DNA of 19,418 bases from Thermodesulfobacteriota bacterium. Its GTDB lineage: Bacteria; Desulfobacterota; Desulfobulbia; Desulfobulbales; SURF-16. Positions 17,045 to 19,418 of this stretch are shown here, piece after piece. A program made the position numbers and the translations under genes. The notes under the pieces were generated by a model that did not search any database, had not been told where the DNA came from, and saw only the letters and a list, made by a program, of their open reading frames with translations. The stretch is from NCBI GenBank assembly GCA_039715015.1, contig JBDLIE010000050.1:1-19418 (forward strand), in the 5' to 3' direction. Position 1 is the stretch's first letter. Every line of letters begins with the position of its first letter.

Positions 17045-17935
17045 ATGGAAAAGAAGATCCGCATCATCGGCGTGCCCATGGATCTGGGCCAGAACCACCG
17101 AGGGGTGGACATGGCGCCTTCTGCCATCCGCTATGCCGGGCTAAGTGAGGCGTTGCAGAAGTTGGCATATGAGGTCCATGACATGGGCAATCTCGCCGTG
17201 CCCCAGCGTTTTGGTCTGGAGGATATCAGCGAGCAAGCCCTGTACAGGGCCATCCACCATGGCTGTGAACTTGCCTGTGAAACCGGGCGGCAGGTGATTG
17301 AGGCGGGAGAGTCTGCAATTTTTCTTGGCGGCGATCATACCATTGCCCTGGGGTCGATCAATGGTATCAACAAAAATGGCCAGGTGGGGGTGATCTGGTT
17401 TGATGCCCATGCCGACTGCAATACCCCGGCAACAACGCTTACCGGAAACATCCACGGCATGCCCCTGGCCGTGCTCCTTGGCCACGGCTCCGAAGAGCTG
17501 GTTAATGTCGGCGGCTCCGGGGCCTGTCTGCACCCTGAGGATGCTGTTATTTTGGGGGTGCGGAATCTTGATGGTGCTGAGAAACAATTCCTTCGCGATC
17601 TTGGCGTAACGGTCTTTACCATGCGCGATATTGATGAACAGGGGATGGCGGCGGTGATGACCAAGACCCTCCATGATCTCCGCCATTGCTCCCAGCTCCA
17701 TGTCAGCCTGGATATGGACGGGCTTGATCCCAAGGATGCCCCCGGCGTCGGCACCCCCTGCAGTGGCGGCATTACCTATCGTGAGGCCCAGCTGGCCATG
17801 GAGATCATTGCCGATACTGGGCGCTGTCTGTCGTTAGATATCGTGGAAATTAATCCAATTTTAGATCAGGGAAATAAGACGGCACAGATTGCCGTGGAGT
17901 TGGCGGCCTCCTTGGCTGGCAAGACTATTTTATAG
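17045..17935 (+). CDS. rocF: Arginase, 296 aa
   Basis: IGVPMDLGQ..RGVDMAPSAIR, GGDH, DAHAD, GNIHGMP, SLDMDGLDP..APGVGTP and EINP (Mn-binding ureohydrolase motifs, arginase subtype). RBS AAGGAG. Confidence 0.95.
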   Translation: MEKKIRIIGVPMDLGQNHRGVDMAPSAIRYAGLSEALQKLAYEVHDMGNLAVPQRFGLEDISEQALYRAIHHGCELACETGRQVIEAGESAIFLGGDHTIALGSINGINKNGQVGVIWFDAHADCNTPATTLTGNIHGMPLAVLLGHGSEELVNVGGSGACLHPEDAVILGVRNLDGAEKQFLRDLGVTVFTMRDIDEQGMAAVMTKTLHDLRHCSQLHVSLDMDGLDPKDAPGVGTPCSGGITYREAQLAMEIIADTGRCLSLDIVEINPILDQGNKTAQIAVELAASLAGKTIL

Positions 17936-17994
17936 ATTTGGATTATCCCTGGGAAGTTGCTTCCTGTATTTATCTCCCTTCTCGTAATGTCCTT

Positions 17995-18193
17995 TTGTTC
18001 CTTTTTACTCGTCTAAAAAGGAACCGAAAAAGGACGCCCCTAACAGCCCTGGCCTGACGGCACCACTCGCCTTCCGCCGTGAAAGGGGCATTGCCCTTCG
18101 ACAGGCTCAGGGGCCGGGCTTTTAAACTCATAGTTCGTACCCTGAGCCTGTCGAAGGGTGCCCGGCTCCCTGCTTGCTCAGGGCTGAATGGGG
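17995..18193. repeat. Structured intergenic repeat element, copy 1 (about 200 bp, MITE/REP-like)
   Basis: 17995-18075 is about 88% identical to 19340-19418. Internal inverted pairs: CCCC..CAGCCCTG / CAGGGCTG..GGGG (18037-18051 / 18179-18193) and GCCGGGC / GCCCGGC (18113-18119 / 18160-18166). Confidence 0.85.
18094..18158. repeat. Perfect 19-bp inverted repeat of the CCTGAGCxTGTCGAAGG REP-like type
   Basis: CCCTTCGACAGGCTCAGGG (18094-18112) and CCCTGAGCCTGTCGAAGGG (18140-18158). Confidence 0.9.
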
Positions 18194-18298
18194 AAACATC
18201 TAAACCCCATAAACCCACTTTGGGTGAAATATATCGCTCCTTTTCCTTGGATAGGCTACCTTGGTGGTCAGACATGATACGACCTACCAGGAGAACCC

Positions 18299-19279
18299 AT
18301 GGCAAAATATAAACCCCAGCATTCCCGTCTGCTCTTTATTGACCGCAAGATTCAGGAGGGTTGTTTTCCCAACTGCAGCAGCCTGGCGGAAGAGTGGGAG
18401 GTGAGCGGTAAGACCATCCAGCGCGATCTTGACTATATGCGCTATCAGCTCGATGCCCCCCTGGAGTATTCGGCTAAGGATCGCGGCTATTATTACACCG
18501 AGGCGCGTTTCCAGTTGCCGGCCATGGATGTTAAGGAGAGCGATCTCTTTGCCATCTACCTGGCCGAAAAACTCCTCAGCCAGTATGAGGGCACCCCGGT
18601 CTATCACAACCTCTGTCAGGTCTTTCAGAAGATCGAGGACTCTCTGCCCTCCAAGACCTCCCTGGGGCCGGGTTCTGATTTCTCCAGGTTCTCCTTCTTC
18701 TCCGCCGCCCAGACCATGATCCAGCCCGGCATCTGGCAAGCGGTCTTTGAGGGCCTGCGCACCCTGCACAGTATCGATATTACATACCAGCTCCCCACCA
18801 GCCAAGAAGCACCACAACGCCGCCGCATCGACCCCTACCATGGAGTCCGTTTTGAGGGCGATTGGTACGTCATCGCCTACTGCCACCTGCGCAAAGACAT
18901 CCGCACCTTCAGCCTGGCCCGCATCATTGAGGCCGAATCAAGCAAAGAAAGCTTCTCCATCCCCGAAGATTTCGACTTCCAGGCCATCAGCGCCAGCCAT
19001 TTCGGGGTACATTGGAGCGATGAGGAGACCTTGGTGCGTATCCGTTTCAGCAGCAAGGTGGCGCCCTATATCAAGGAGCGTACTTGGCACCAGAGCCAGG
19101 AGATCAGTGACAATAGTGACGGCAGCCTGGATTTAGAGCTTACGGTCAGTCATCTTTTTGAGCTGAAGAAGTGGTTGCTTTCTTGGGGGAGTCAGGCCCA
19201 GGTGTTGGAGCCGGTTGCATTGGCTGAGGAGGTCAAGGCTGAGGTGGCGGCTATTGTCGGGTTGTATGAGGGGAAGTGA
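18299..19279 (+). CDS. HTH-WYL-WCX transcriptional regulator (PafB/PafC/YafY-like), 326 aa
   Basis: N-terminal wHTH (LAEEWEVSGKTIQRDLDYMR..GYYY); WYL domain (RRIDPY..WYVIAYCHLRKDIRTFSLARI); C-terminal WCX domain (WHQSQ, WLLSWGSQAQVLEP). RBS AGGAG. Confidence 0.95.
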   Translation: MAKYKPQHSRLLFIDRKIQEGCFPNCSSLAEEWEVSGKTIQRDLDYMRYQLDAPLEYSAKDRGYYYTEARFQLPAMDVKESDLFAIYLAEKLLSQYEGTPVYHNLCQVFQKIEDSLPSKTSLGPGSDFSRFSFFSAAQTMIQPGIWQAVFEGLRTLHSIDITYQLPTSQEAPQRRRIDPYHGVRFEGDWYVIAYCHLRKDIRTFSLARIIEAESSKESFSIPEDFDFQAISASHFGVHWSDEETLVRIRFSSKVAPYIKERTWHQSQEISDNSDGSLDLELTVSHLFELKKWLLSWGSQAQVLEPVALAEEVKAEVAAIVGLYEGK

Positions 19280-19339
19280 TTTCGGGGGTGGAGTAAGGGG
19301 GCTTTGGGTGTTTTGATTTTGTTTGGTTGCCAGTGATTC

Positions 19340-19418
19340 TTGTTCCTTTTTGTTCGCCCAAAAAGGAACCGAAAAAGGGCGCCCCAGCAGCCCTGGCCTG
19401 ACGGCGCGCTCGCCTTCC
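19340..19418. repeat. Structured intergenic repeat element, copy 2 (truncated by the window end)
   Basis: Direct repeat of 17995-18075 with 8 substitutions and 2 single-base gaps by hand alignment. Confidence 0.88.

Noticed and set aside
7186..17772. Long antisense or alternate-frame ORFs (e.g. 7186-7968, 10772-11548, 13106-13819, 15700-16389, 17141-17701)
   Set aside because: Shadows of well-supported genes in GC-rich coding DNA; no family motifs.
18262..18289. WYL autoregulatory operator (TGGTGGTC...GACCTACCA)
   Set aside because: The inverted repeat is short and needs a bulge; too weak to call without comparative data.
17970..18312. ORFs 17970-18305 (-) and 18079-18312 (+)
   Set aside because: They are translations of the palindromic repeat (PFDRLR / LSLSKG appear on both strands), a typical false call.
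17995..19418. CRISPR array or attC/integron cassette next to the WYL gene
   Set aside because: Only two long copies 1.3 kb apart, no regular repeat-spacer periodicity, no clear RYYYAAC/GTTRRRY box pair, and no cas or intI gene in the window.

Overview
Bacterial chromosomal window of moderately high GC; the gene set and style suggest a deltaproteobacterium/Desulfobacterota (inference only). In order it carries: a decayed MscS-family gene; an OFA-type MFS transporter divergent from acnA, whose product has an unusual CxxC-x4-CxxC insertion; a UPF0316 membrane protein; a REP-doublet module; a sigma54-type promoter ahead of a NapC/NrfH-like tetraheme gene and an octaheme Hao-like (reductive, epsilon-Hao type) gene; a four-gene CUT1 sugar ABC transporter bracketed by two copies of the putA 5' end; a putA / TIGR00300-type ornithine cyclodeaminase / arginase cluster that would convert Arg to Glu; and an HTH-WYL regulator flanked by two copies of a structured repeat. 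Highlights: (1) the repeats flanking the WYL gene show compensatory changes supporting an H-type pseudoknot with a possible U.A-U triple helix; (2) one 39-bp promoter architecture recurs three times; (3) a 166-bp putA 5' duplication flanks the ABC cassette; (4) the Hao-like protein has a lone Cys where a heme-ligating His is expected. No rRNA, tRNA, CRISPR array, transposase or integrase was seen.
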